DNA of 58,512 nucleotides, from contig NKIB01013392.1 of assembly GCA_002256025.1 (NCBI GenBank), forward strand, positions 1 through 58,512, given 5' to 3'. A program made the translations under genes and the position numbers. This DNA is from Asterionella formosa (taxonomy: Eukaryota). The notes beneath the pieces were generated by a model. That model was given only the letters and a program-made list of their open reading frames with translations, did no database searches and was not told where the DNA came from. Below, in pieces: positions 1 through 10,662 of the stretch; the first letter of the stretch is position 1; every line of letters begins with the position of its first letter.

Positions 1-820
1 AAGCTCAAAGTCGGCTGGCTCCAAGGCCGGCATGCCCGAAGGTGCTCCATATCCATATCCCAAGCCAGTTGCTGCTCCATACCCATATGCCAAGCCAGAT
101 GCTGCTTCTTATGATGGTGATGATTACTATGTTGGTTCCAAATCTGATTCTAAGTCTGGTGGCTCTAAATCTGGAGGTTCCAAGTCTGGAAAGGGCAAGG
201 GAGGCTCAAAGTCTGGAGGTTCCAAGTCTGGAAAGGGCAAGGAAGGCTCGAAATCTGGAGGTTCCAAGTCTGATAATGGCAAGGGAAGCTCAAAGTCGGG
301 AGGCTCCAAGGCCGTCATGCCCGAAGGTGCTCCGCACCAATACTATCCCAAGCCAGTTGCTGCACCATACCCATATGCTAAGCCAGTTGCTGATTCTTAT
401 GATGGTGATGATTACCATGTTGGTTCCAAATCTAATTCCAAGTCTGGAGGTTCCAAGTCTGACATGCATGAAGCTGTTCCATATTCATACTCTGAGCCAG
501 TCACAAATCCGTACCAGGGTGACTACTCTGCACCAATCCCCATCCCTATACCCCTTGCTTACAAGCCTTATGCTGCACCAATAGAGGCACCGGTTATGGA
601 GCCCCCTTCCAAGGGATCAAAGAGAGGGAAGAGCAAAGAAGGTAAGGGTTCGAAGGGAAAAAGAGGGAAGGGTTCAAAGGGAAAAGGAGGGAAGGGTTCA
701 AAGGGAAAAGGAGGGAAGGGTTCAAAGGGAAAAGGAGGGAAGGGTTCAAAGGGAAAAGGAGGGAAAGGTTCGAAGGGCAAAGGAGGGAAAGGTTCAAAAG
801 GAAAAGGAGGCAAACGCTAG
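1..820 (+). CDS. 5'-partial Gly/Lys/Ser-rich, Tyr/Pro-rich low-complexity protein; silaffin/cingulin-like candidate biosilica or cell-wall protein
   Basis: Frame is open from the window edge (SSKSAGSKAG precedes M at 32). Repeated KSGGSK/KSGK (KxxK) blocks alternate with PYPYPKP/YDGDDYY blocks, and the C-terminus is a GKGSKGKG array. The composition resembles diatom cingulins/silaffins; the N-terminus is not visible. Confidence 0.6.
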   Translation, partial: SSKSAGSKAGMPEGAPYPYPKPVAAPYPYAKPDAASYDGDDYYVGSKSDSKSGGSKSGGSKSGKGKGGSKSGGSKSGKGKEGSKSGGSKSDNGKGSSKSGGSKAVMPEGAPHQYYPKPVAAPYPYAKPVADSYDGDDYHVGSKSNSKSGGSKSDMHEAVPYSYSEPVTNPYQGDYSAPIPIPIPLAYKPYAAPIEAPVMEPPSKGSKRGKSKEGKGSKGKRGKGSKGKGGKGSKGKGGKGSKGKGGKGSKGKGGKGSKGKGGKGSKGKGGKR

Positions 821-840
821 AAGGGAGGGAAAGGTTCAAA
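640..840 (+). repeat. 24-bp coding tandem repeat (GGGAAGGGTTCAAAGGGAAAAGGA; GKGSKGKG), about 8 units
   Basis: Directly visible tandem units; a partial unit continues past the TAG at 818-820. Confidence 0.9.
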
Positions 841-1339
841 TGATCCATGACTACTAAAAAGCATGTTTCAAGCGATTCGACAATGAGTTCATTAGATTGG
901 ATGGTTGTGTATACTTTTTTATCTTGTGTGGTTCTGTTGGGTATGACATTCAAGCACCAAACACTGTTACCAGCCATAAAAGGCAAGCGCTTCATCTCTT
1001 CTTGTATCATTGAGTGTAGGTTACATACAGCACATGCATTGTTGTTATCTGCAAAGTAGTGGATAAGGACATGAAATAATCTTTCATTACGAGCTCTGAC
1101 TCAACAATTTTACATGAATTCAATTGGTGCTTCACACCAATGCAGCTATTGATAGTTACACAATATTATTTCTTTTCCTTAGCAGAAAGCATCTTTTCTG
1201 TCCTCTTTGATAGTACAACCTCTGTTCCAGGTGGAGACTTACTAGATAGAATAGCTACTATCAGACAATAATAGTAGATAGAATAGCTAGTATTGGACAA
1301 AAGGATTTGTTCAGATTAGGGGGACAACGCAAATTAGTT

Positions 1340-1750
1340 GAACCATGCAGCAACACATTCCACAGCTTTCTCAACTCCTTTGTTCCAACTCTCCAATTTC
1401 CAGTGTGTGATACGCCGCCTTGCAGTTTCCTTCAGTCGGTCGATCACATTGCTCCAAGATCAGTTTAAGTTGGCCACCCTTCAGTTTCCTTGCTATCTTC
1501 CAATCATTGGGATATGATTGATGGAGCAAGCAAATCGTGCTATTTTCTGCAGAGCAGCGCATAGGGAAAAAGTGATTAAGAACTGTTCCACGAAGAGCTC
1601 TTTAGCAGCTTCTGTGCCAAAGTTTGAGAGAGAGGCAAGCCGAGCATTTAAAAGAATAGCTAGAGTCCCCATGCCAACTTATTTGCGAATCTGCTCCATT
1701 ATGAAAAGTTCGTTTGGTCCAGGAAGCACACATTGCTTGTCAAAAAAACT
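1340..1750 (-). pseudogene. Decayed C-terminal fragment of a DUF1995-like plastid protein
   Basis: Minus-strand frames give PGPNELFIMEQIRK*VGMGTLAILLNARL...LLHQSYPNDWKIARK...ELEQ/GVEKAVECVAAWF with an internal stop and frameshifts. ILLNARL and L.R.YP..W resemble DUF1995 proteins (recalled, not searched). Confidence 0.5.
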
Positions 1751-2837
1751 TCATTTGTGTCTCATTTTTCCGTTGGTAGTTTCAGGGGGTGACATTTTGA
1801 TCACTGACCACAAAACCTTGCAAATTAATTTGGTTGATTGCCAAATTTCGTAGTCAGAGACACAGTGGGCGTGGGAGATTCACAAGTTGGATGAGAATGC
1901 ATTTGGGACGTTTGTATTGAATGGAAAAGGGGCACCATGAGACTTTCTTGTAACTGCTGTTGGGTTGCTGGTGCTGGAGCACTTATCTTGCAGAGGTTGT
2001 ATGACATTGAGCTTGTGCTGTTAGACGTGCATTTCTCATTATACGAGCTACACACACATCTTCTTAATCGCATGAAAATTAAGTACACAAGTGATATGAA
2101 ACTCGTTCAAAAGTCAAAGCACTCACTCACTCTAGCCAATGATCAAATCAATTCATTTGGAGATGGGTATATCGTCATTGAGGACTCGGCAACTCTTTTC
2201 TTCCAAGTTGATCGTCCTGGTACTCCTGGATTTGAGTTTTCAGAGCTGATCAATCCAGTTGCAAGTGCACTCGATAGAAGCCATCGTGATATCTCTAGTT
2301 CGAGAGATGCTGCTCGGAAAGCCTATTGTGCAACCAACTACTTCGAAGCCTACAGCAACGCCCACTGCGAAGCCTACTCCAATGCCCACTATGAAGCCTA
2401 CTGCACAACCTACTGCTGCTCCAGTGACGGCTTCTTCATCAGCTACCAATGCCACTGCAATTGTCCATAGCAAGTCCATATACCTTGCTTCCATTGAAGA
2501 TGTTCGGCAACAACCGTCAGAGAGAGCATGGAATGAGGTAAACAATAAGTTATTTGGGAATAAGCTTGCTTTCTACAATGAACGATTTTCCCAAAAAGTT
2601 GGAGAAATAGTCGAGCCAATTTAACATGGAGATTACTTCATCGGAAATTCGTCAAACAACATGGTCTTTGGAGATTTCCAGACTGGTTACGCCTTTGGTA
2701 TCGATGCGGTTAGTTCTGGTGCGAGCTTTGCATTCGAATACAAAAGCAAATGCATATTATCGGGAGAGGAACCATATTTATACCATGAATTTGCAAGTGA
2801 TGTATTTAATCTTGTCGCAAATACACGAGTGGATGCT

Positions 2838-2987
2838 TGTTGAAATTGCGTCCCGAAGCACTCTATGCTTTCTTGTATCCTGTAAGGACACGTCAGGGAC
2901 CAAATAGGCTGTAGATATGAACAACGATGTCTCCGTGATCGATTGTAATCGTTCCTAAGAGTTTTAATAGAATTATGGGTTTTGACT
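2838..2987 (-). repeat. Truncated 3' LTR (~150 bp remaining)
   Basis: Matches 6747-6896 with about 8 substitutions and 1 indel by eye; similarity stops at the MITE at 2988. Confidence 0.9.
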
Positions 2988-3268
2988 GGGCGCGCTCTGA
3001 TAATAAAATATAACTATATCATGTGTATTATAACACAAATCGTTGTACCCATAACCCCAGGCGGCATAGCATACAAGAGGATGCATCGATATGAAAATTT
3101 AACTGTTGAAAATTAAAGTTAAAAATATATATAATGTCAGAGAAGTAATCTATGTAAAATATCTCTATTATCCGAGCGCAAGGATGATATTATGTAGCAG
3201 ATCACCAGAATAATTTGTGTTATAATACACACATGATTTAATAATTTTTTTATTATCAGAGCGCGCCC
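2988..3268. mobile_element. MITE (~280 bp) with ~55-bp imperfect TIRs at the break point of the 3' LTR
   Basis: GGGCGCGCTCTGATAATAAAA...TCATGTGTATTATAACACAAAT from 2988 is the reverse complement of ATTTGTGTTATAATACAC...TTTTATTATCAGAGCGCGCCC ending at 3268. No clean TSD (ACT vs AAT). Confidence 0.8.
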
Positions 3269-3629
3269 AATGAGAATATTATTTCCGGTACACTTTTGCA
3301 CTTCTGTTCATAAAATAAATAAATAAACCTATAAAATGTAAAGTACAAACAAACCATCCACATGCGAAATCTTGATGCTTTTTTAAATATCGCATCTAAC
3401 GCTTGTCTTATTGCGCGCTTGTTCGTACAATCCCTCGTGATGAGCGATCCCCACCACAACTACGAAAAAAAGGCTGGCTCCCTGTGGTCCAACCTCGATG
3501 GCGGTCTCCCGCTAGGCATACTTTGTTGTTGCGGTTGACACACGGGTGCTTCTTGCTTTCTTCATCGACTCAGTGGGAACCGGCGAGATTTGGGAGGGAC
3601 CTTTTACTTTTGGAGGATGAATACGGCGA

Positions 3630-5308
3630 GTAGCAAACCTATAATCTTCATAATGATTCGTTCCCCCTTTTCTTTCTCATCGATATCCACTTGCACAAAT
3701 GCATTGGGTATATCCGCAGTCATAACATCGCGATTTTGCTTTGCATCAATTGTTCCTGTTATCATAACAGATTCAGTCATGGTATTTGGACCAGCTGCTT
3801 TATCTCTTTCCATGTATTCACGCTGGGAACTGCCATTGGCACATGCTCTGCCTTTAATGCTCTTGTCTCTCTTTTCAACCAAAAAAATTAGACTTTCCAT
3901 TGCAAATCGCTTTTCGGTTAGGTCCTCAATCCTAATCGGTTCAAATACAACTCTATCATGTAGTTGCTTCATTTCTTCATAAGCGGCGTCTCTTCCTTTC
4001 TGGCCAAATTTCTTGAGGCCTTTCCTTAAGCTGTATGACTGAACAAAGTGAAATGCTTCTTTATCGATACACATCTCATTCATATAACACATTGTCTTTG
4101 AGATCACTTTCGCATTATCAGTCGTGTATTCTTCTCGACAATGTGCTTGGGTATGCAAATGATTTTGGACCATGGTTAGTTTTGACGGTGGTCTTGAGAC
4201 TCTTCCAGACCTTGTAGTTCCAACATTTGGGTCTGAGTCATCCTGAGTGCTTGGATTGAATTCTAACATTGCCTCTTCATTTTCAGTTTCATTGCTGGCT
4301 TTCATCCTCATCTTGGATTTCATCTGCATCCATTTCAATATTATTCTCATTGTTTCCCTCGTCAGGTTCAGAGTCATCCTCTTGAGTATTGTTGTTTAAT
4401 TCAAGCTGTTCTGCTTCATATATTTCATCCGAAGTCATTTCATCATAGTCTTCTTCTCCAAGAATTTCATCATTGCTTTCGTAGTCACTAGCGTCTTGAT
4501 CTTCATCATCTTCATCTTGTGCATCTCAATAGACTTCAGCTGTCTGATTCTTGACCCATTGCGCTGTCCTATACATAATGTTTCGAGAAATTGTTGTGAG
4601 AAATGATTGTCCATTCACTTTCATTCCATCCATGCAAAGAATAACTTCGCATTGAGCTTGGATAAGCTCCTTAGGAATCTCGATGTAGTCGTTCACGACT
4701 GGCAGCGGCTTGTGACGAGTTGTCTTGCCTTTTAGTGTTCCGATGTCAGGTCCAAAAATTTTCTCTGCAATTTTGATATCATCGGTAGTCACTGGATTAT
4801 TGTTGATCGTATTCATACGAATTATTGCCTTGAAATCATTAATTGATGGTGTACCCAAGACATGAAATAGATCACGAGCTCGTTTAGCTCTCTGAAATTG
4901 ACGTTCAGTGTAAAATGTTTTGTTTTCTTCAAGTGTATTTAACATTTGAGCATTCTCCGCTTTAATTCTTGTATTTGGCTTGAAAACATATAAGTTCATC
5001 CCAATTCTTTTGAATCGAACTGGCTTGTTGGGCAAATGAACAATGAATGCATCTTCTTTCTCAGAGTTGTAGGTAATTCTGTACCTACCTGCCATTTCGG
5101 CATAACTGAAGATGTTTGTGATTGCCTTTTCATTAAACCATACTTCTCCCCATTTTGGAAGATCAGCCTTCATATTAGTGACCATGGATCCACCATTTGT
5201 GGCCAGGTGCATGCTTCCATTGGTTGACATTCGAATGTTTTCAACCATTTTTGGATTGCAAAAGACTGTGACACTTGATTGATTATCCAATAGTATCCAG
5301 TCACGCAT
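3630..5308 (-). pseudogene. Copia pol remnant: protease, integrase N-terminus, partial RT; integrase core, RT C-terminus and RNase H missing
   Basis: WILLDNQSS protease motif. LCMDGMKVNG integrase start ends at a stop near 4526 and runs directly into the acidic linker. RT motifs FLVEKRDKSIKGRACANGSSQR and VMTADIPNAFVQ stop near 3630. Confidence 0.85.
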
Positions 5309-5309
5309 C

Positions 5310-6613
5310 TCAGATGCTTGGTAATATTGTAGGCTTCATATGAGCTCCCGTCCATACAAATTGATTGACATTTGCTTGTTGTGAAGCTTGTGATGATGGC
5401 GGGTTGTTGGAATTAACAGAGGTAACTGTACTTGTGTCAAATGTGTTAGCCTGTGCCTGTGCATGGCTTTGGGCCTTGTTAATTGCCCATTCCTCTTTGG
5501 GTTTATTCTTGTCTCGACACGAAGGAGATTTGTGACCTGCTTTTCCGCAGTAGTAACATTTTCCTTCTAACTGTGCAAACGATAAGTTCACATCTTCGTC
5601 TTCCTTGCCTGCATCCTTATGTTCTCTCTCTTTATTACTATCTCCTGGTTTCTTGTAGTTGGCTTTATTTGTTACATCAAACCGATGGTTGCTGAGAACA
5701 TTATTTGATTCGGTGATGGTCTTCGGGTATTGATCGTTGCCAAGTGATTGTTGAGTGTTCAGCCCGGTCATAATTGATCCATATTTGGCCTTGTCGGCAT
5801 TATCGAGATATAAATATGCCACAAAAATTGACTGCAAGCTTGTTCACGAAATTTATCTCGTTGCTTGATGTCAGTCTCGTTGTATCCATCCATGGCTTCA
5901 ACGAACTTGGTGAGGATAATGGGTCCTCCCATGTGTGACTTGAGCACATCACGTGCCACACGGAATCTCTTGGTGTAGTCTTGTAGACTTTCTCCTTCTT
6001 TTTGCTTTGTGAATAAAAGCGTTCTCATTGCATCTAAAATGATCGACATTGAATATCGATTTTCTTGAAAATTTAGTGCGTGTTCTTTAATTGCCATAAA
6101 CAATGTTATTGGGTTATTTTTGATCCTATTGTAATCGGATCTCGCTTCAATCTTGTTCTTCATGGCTTTGTTGCATCTTTCCCAGAGCAACGCATATGCC
6201 TTGGTATTATTATTTTCGTAGGCCTGTACCCTTTTACTGTAGGTGTCATAATTGACCTTGAACTCAATCTCATATTGTTGATTCTCTGCAGTGCGATCTT
6301 CTTCTGTTGTTGCAATGCTCACTTGCATTCTTGGCTTCCATGCCGATGTGTTGATTGGTTCTAACAACTTGAGCGCGGTTCCTATGTCGTTGCCATAGTC
6401 GAACACTTTCTTGATATGATTGATGAGGTACTCAGTAGTAGTCTCATAATCAGATGCCTGCTTCGATGATCCGAGGTAGTAGTTATAGTCATTGACTGAC
6501 TTCTTGATGGAGTGAGAAGCAATTTTGCTCCCTTCCTTGGCTTGAAACTTGCCCTTGGCTTGAAACTTGCCCTTGGCTTGAGCCTTCTTGGTGAACTTTC
6601 CTTTGCCACTCAT
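5310..6613 (-). pseudogene. Copia gag (frameshifted) with CCHC zinc knuckle
   Basis: ORFs 5768-6613 and 5310-5837; KQKEGESLQDYTKRF gag motif and CYYCGKAGHKSPSC knuckle. Confidence 0.85.
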
Positions 6614-6746
6614 GATGCGCCTTGTGCGACTTCTTCAGACTCTGGATGGTCTGGTACCCTCAGATCTTGTCTCCGGACTCTCAACGGTCGGCCTGTTGTT
6701 AATTGTGATCTCACGACTCTTCCTGGCCGGCTAATTTTATTAAAAC

Positions 6747-7018
6747 TGTTGAAATTGCGTCCCGAAGCACTCTATGCTTTCTTTTATCCTGTAAGGACAT
6801 GTCAGGGACCAATAGGCTGTAGACTTGAACAACGATGTCTCCATGATCGATTGTAATCATTCCTAAGAGTTTTAATAGAATAATGGGTTTTTACTGTTGA
6901 CGTAGATTGTTTTCGAATTCTCTGGTACCATACCAGTATTCTTTCTTGATTCATTCGATTCAATATGTAGTAGGTAATTTATACCGGGATTTTCTTTCCT
7001 AAAATAATTTCTCCAACA
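6747..7018 (-). repeat. 5' LTR (272 bp, TGTTG...CAACA)
   Basis: Terminal inverted TGTTG/CAACA; the first ~150 bp match 2838-2987. Confidence 0.92.
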
Positions 7019-7786
7019 ATGCTCAACGAGGAGACATTTTTGTGGGCAATCGTACAAAAACAAATAAGAAACTGTACCTTCAGATTGGTAACTTCACACG
7101 GTCACTATTTTATGATCATTCACTTGTGGTTCAAATGCGAAAGGCCATGTTCCGTGGCCCAATTGCTGCAACGTCACTAACTGGTCTAAAACCTACAGAT
7201 CCTGTGAAATTTGGTACATCCCATCTCAAGTCCAGCAATCAGCCAGTATTCGTAACCGGAGTAGGATATTGGTTTCTGTCGAACAGGACACTCCATGGTC
7301 TCAAGTTACACCAGAAAGTGGCATGCAAGGAGTAAGTAAACCTTTGGTTTCGGAAAACTCAGGTCAATAGCTAGGATTGCAGCAGAAAGATCCAAATCGA
7401 TCCGTGGAGCAATTCACAAGTATATACTTCATGACATGAATGCCACCACACAACATAAATACTACTCCTTGGGAATGGAATTATGCATTTCCCATTTCTT
7501 GATTGCAAATCTATAATATATTTATTTCATATTTCTTCATTCTCAAGATTCTTCATTTATATATATAATGTATGATGTAGAATATAGACTTGAGTGAAAT
7601 GTGGGAGCGCTTATTTGTATCAGCCTATAGATGGAATACAGTTCACGACAATAGGACTGTGTCTGTCTGCACCATTCTCTGGTTTACGACGAATTCGTGA
7701 GGGTGCACAATCAATTCTTCGATGCACATGATTAGAATGAAAAGATGATGTTTTTTAATTATGTTTTGGCCCTAACTTTTCATTCG

Positions 7787-9916
7787 TCATTTGAATGTGT
7801 TGTAATCTCTAACTTCATTAACAATTTCCAACGCTCGGCCCAATAAGTCTCTCATTTCTACACATGTTTGCCGTCTCTGGGCAATGTCTTCAGCTTCTGC
7901 CATTAATGTCCCCATCTCAGCATCTCGGTATAGCTCACTCACCAACTCGTTTTGCATGGCATCATTGACGTGATTTACCAAAAAGTACATAATTGTCTTG
8001 GGCACCATATCAACAAATGTTTTCCTAACAATGTTGAAGTAGGACTCAATCAATGACTTGATGACTTCCATTTCCACTCGTTCACGTTCTGTTGGAGCCA
8101 CATCTGTCTGTCGCATACTGTCTGGGACTTGCGGTAAATGAACAATAGTTGGAGGACCACCATCCATCACACGACGAGCTTGAGGTTTTTGACCGCCTCG
8201 AAAAATAAAATCCATCAATCCCGTTCCTCCTTCGTCAACTATTGTATCACCATAATTAGACAGAGATGAACTGGACAACGGAGTTGCCCCATGTGGTGTG
8301 CTACCATTCATGAGGTTTGGAGTTTGAGGTGTTGGACGAGTCGACGACTCCTTTCCCACTTTTTCCATCAATCGTGCCACTGCCCGTGATCCTCCAATAA
8401 AGTCTGGATGAGACGTATTGATGTAGGCCAATTCAATTTTTACCAAGTTGCCCACCATCATTTGAGTCGGTCCGACGCATCGTTTCAAAAGGGAGGAAAC
8501 GACTTCGACCATGCGATCTCTCAATATTGGGAATCGTTGCAGCTCAGTTGGTTCACTCTGACTTGCAATCCGCTGAAGTTCTTCATAGACTAAATCAACA
8601 CATTGGATCCCAGGTTGTTCCAATCTAGCAACTTGTCGTTTGACCAAAATATCGAATGAAATTTCTGGAACAAACAAGGCAGGCCTAGTTCCATTTGCAT
8701 TGCAGATTGTGGTCCTAATCTCTTCGTCACTCAGCCCATCAAAGGGGCCCACACCCAACAAGGACGAGCAGAAAATTTCAGTAAATATATATGAAATTCT
8801 AGCTCCACCAAAAAGTTCATGTGTTGCCTGTCGGGAAGTTTTCTCTGATGAGCCACCCCGACCTTCAATGATACTGCCAAAGTTGGTTGCGAACTTGGAG
8901 AGCATGGCCAATAATGCGCCCCCCATGGTACTTCGTGACGCTTCGTCTGTTGGAGTCCCTAGAGCATCTAATTCTTGCTGTACATCAGTCATCATTTTGG
9001 CAATGGTATTTTTCAATTCCGGCAAGCAATCTCTAATATGATGCATGAGCATCATGTTGAGAGCCTTCGCCAGATGTAGTGTTCCACATTTCTTTAAATC
9101 CCTTGAATAGACAGGATGATTTCTAAAGAAGGCATCTTCCTTGGCGAGTCCCTCGCGTATAGTAACATCAGCATCGACATCCTTTTGTCCTCTATTGACG
9201 ACTGCAATATATCCCCTTCGCAGGGGAATAACTTTATTGTGCAGTATGTCTGCAGCATCCGTCCCTGGGTCCATCAAGTCTAGCTTGGTCAATACCCCCA
9301 CAGTTCTATTTCCATATGGGTCCACGGCTTGCGATAGCTGCAATGCATCGCTGTTGGCCAGGTCTTGGTTGGCAGCGCTGACAGCCAAGATGATGGCGTT
9401 CGGGTTCGAAATGTACTGAAGCGACATGTCTCTGATTTGATCTTCAATGTCGTCCGGTTGGTCTCCCACTGGATTTTTGGCCATTCCGGGCAAGTCCACC
9501 AGGGTCAGCGCCAGAACGGCAGGTGAGTATATCTTGAGGTGTATGGGCGTGGGACAAATGCCTTTGTTGGTGCCAGTCAATCGTTCCGTTTCGCGGACAA
9601 TTTCCTTTCTGATTTGACCAAAGTCGTAAAAAAGCTTTCCGGGTAGATGGAGGAATTCTCCGTATTCGTCGGTGCTGACAGTGGAAGTGGCCGTCGCGTT
9701 GGCAGTGTTGTACAGCTGCAGAACAAGTGGTCGTCGCGTGACAATGCCATGGCCACGGGGCAGAAAGGAACGACCGACAATGGCCTCCAGCACGGAAGAC
9801 TTTCCTGACGATTGGCCGCCCACTACAACGATCTGCGGCAAATCAAGCACAGTGGACTGACCCAATGCGCCTAGCACATCTTGAAGCTTGGACGCAATGG
9901 GGATGAGCTGCTCCAT
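7787..9916 (-). CDS. Dynamin-related GTPase (Dnm1/Drp1/Vps1 family), single exon, 709 aa
   Basis: LPQIVVVGGQSSGKSS (G1), VTRRP, DLPG, TKLD, GGARI middle domain, C-terminal GED (YFNIVRKTFVDMVPKTIM); no PH or PRD domain. Confidence 0.95.
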   Translation of the reverse strand: MEQLIPIASKLQDVLGALGQSTVLDLPQIVVVGGQSSGKSSVLEAIVGRSFLPRGHGIVTRRPLVLQLYNTANATATSTVSTDEYGEFLHLPGKLFYDFGQIRKEIVRETERLTGTNKGICPTPIHLKIYSPAVLALTLVDLPGMAKNPVGDQPDDIEDQIRDMSLQYISNPNAIILAVSAANQDLANSDALQLSQAVDPYGNRTVGVLTKLDLMDPGTDAADILHNKVIPLRRGYIAVVNRGQKDVDADVTIREGLAKEDAFFRNHPVYSRDLKKCGTLHLAKALNMMLMHHIRDCLPELKNTIAKMMTDVQQELDALGTPTDEASRSTMGGALLAMLSKFATNFGSIIEGRGGSSEKTSRQATHELFGGARISYIFTEIFCSSLLGVGPFDGLSDEEIRTTICNANGTRPALFVPEISFDILVKRQVARLEQPGIQCVDLVYEELQRIASQSEPTELQRFPILRDRMVEVVSSLLKRCVGPTQMMVGNLVKIELAYINTSHPDFIGGSRAVARLMEKVGKESSTRPTPQTPNLMNGSTPHGATPLSSSSLSNYGDTIVDEGGTGLMDFIFRGGQKPQARRVMDGGPPTIVHLPQVPDSMRQTDVAPTERERVEMEVIKSLIESYFNIVRKTFVDMVPKTIMYFLVNHVNDAMQNELVSELYRDAEMGTLMAEAEDIAQRRQTCVEMRDLLGRALEIVNEVRDYNTFK

Positions 9917-10662
9917 GGATGGAGGAGATGGATATCTACGATATGATGGGTATGATGTGCTGACTGATACTCACTGTGTGGTCGTTGACGATCATGTCAT
10001 TGTTTTTTGATGAATCTTGCTTTCTCATCATGATGAGACATTTCGAACGAGGAAGCAACCAGCATAAGGAAAAGCTACATACATACCGGGTATGTAGAAA
10101 ATACTGAGGTAAGTACAATACCGGTATATCTACCGTACCAGTACATCAGATACTGTACAGTACAGTACTGAATTGTTAACAGGTTGTTCGATGTCGCACT
10201 TCTTCCCGCGTGCGCCTACTATACGTAGAACGAACTAATTATTATTTTTATGATCATCATTATTGCTAGTTTTCGCTATTGACCTTACTCTGTCAATCCT
10301 CACTGTTTCTTAGATTTAAAAGCTAAACTAAAACCTAATTTCAATCCCATTCATCACATTTTGAGAACCTGTTCTTCAAAATCCCTTTTCGTTGGCATAA
10401 ACCTCATTCTGATTGATCTGAAGCATCCATCGCTTTCTTTCTGCACTCAACTCTCTCCAGTGGTCACCACAATGTCCAACTGACACCCCTTGAGCAAAGG
10501 AGATGAGGGAAGGGTAAACCCCAACAAATAGTTCTACTAGGAGCTGTCATCAGGTTGACGAAAAATATACAGGATACAGCGCATTGTGGGATGTTTTGCA
10601 AATTATTATTACATGTAATCTTTGCTATTCCACCTTTGGGTTCCTCTTGTCAATAAATCTAT

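Larger units (their letters stand above)
2838..7018 (-). mobile_element. Defective Ty1/copia LTR retrotransposon (CoDi-like)
   Basis: LTR copies begin TGTTGAAATTGCGTCCCG at 2838 and 6747. The complete LTR (6747-7018) ends CAACA. Perfect 5-bp TSD ATGCT at 2833-2837 and 7019-7023. Domain order on the minus strand is gag, zinc knuckle, protease, integrase, RT. Confidence 0.95.
2090..7335 (+). pseudogene. Host gene of unknown function with a PT-rich (mucin-like) linker, disrupted by a frameshift, a nonsense codon and the copia insertion
   Basis: ORFs 2259-2624 and 2661-2843 share a frame across TAA 2622-2624. Removing the element and one ATGCT joins ...NTRVDA to QRGDIFVGNRTK... in frame with ORF 7042-7335. 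The 5' boundary is approximate. Confidence 0.7.

Noticed and set aside
127..1010. Antisense and alternate-frame ORFs over the Lys/Gly-rich gene (FEPFPP repeats), and similar shadow ORFs over dynamin, CEBPZ, CSE1 and V-ATPase
   Set aside because: Explained by repeat structure or codon bias of the real gene.
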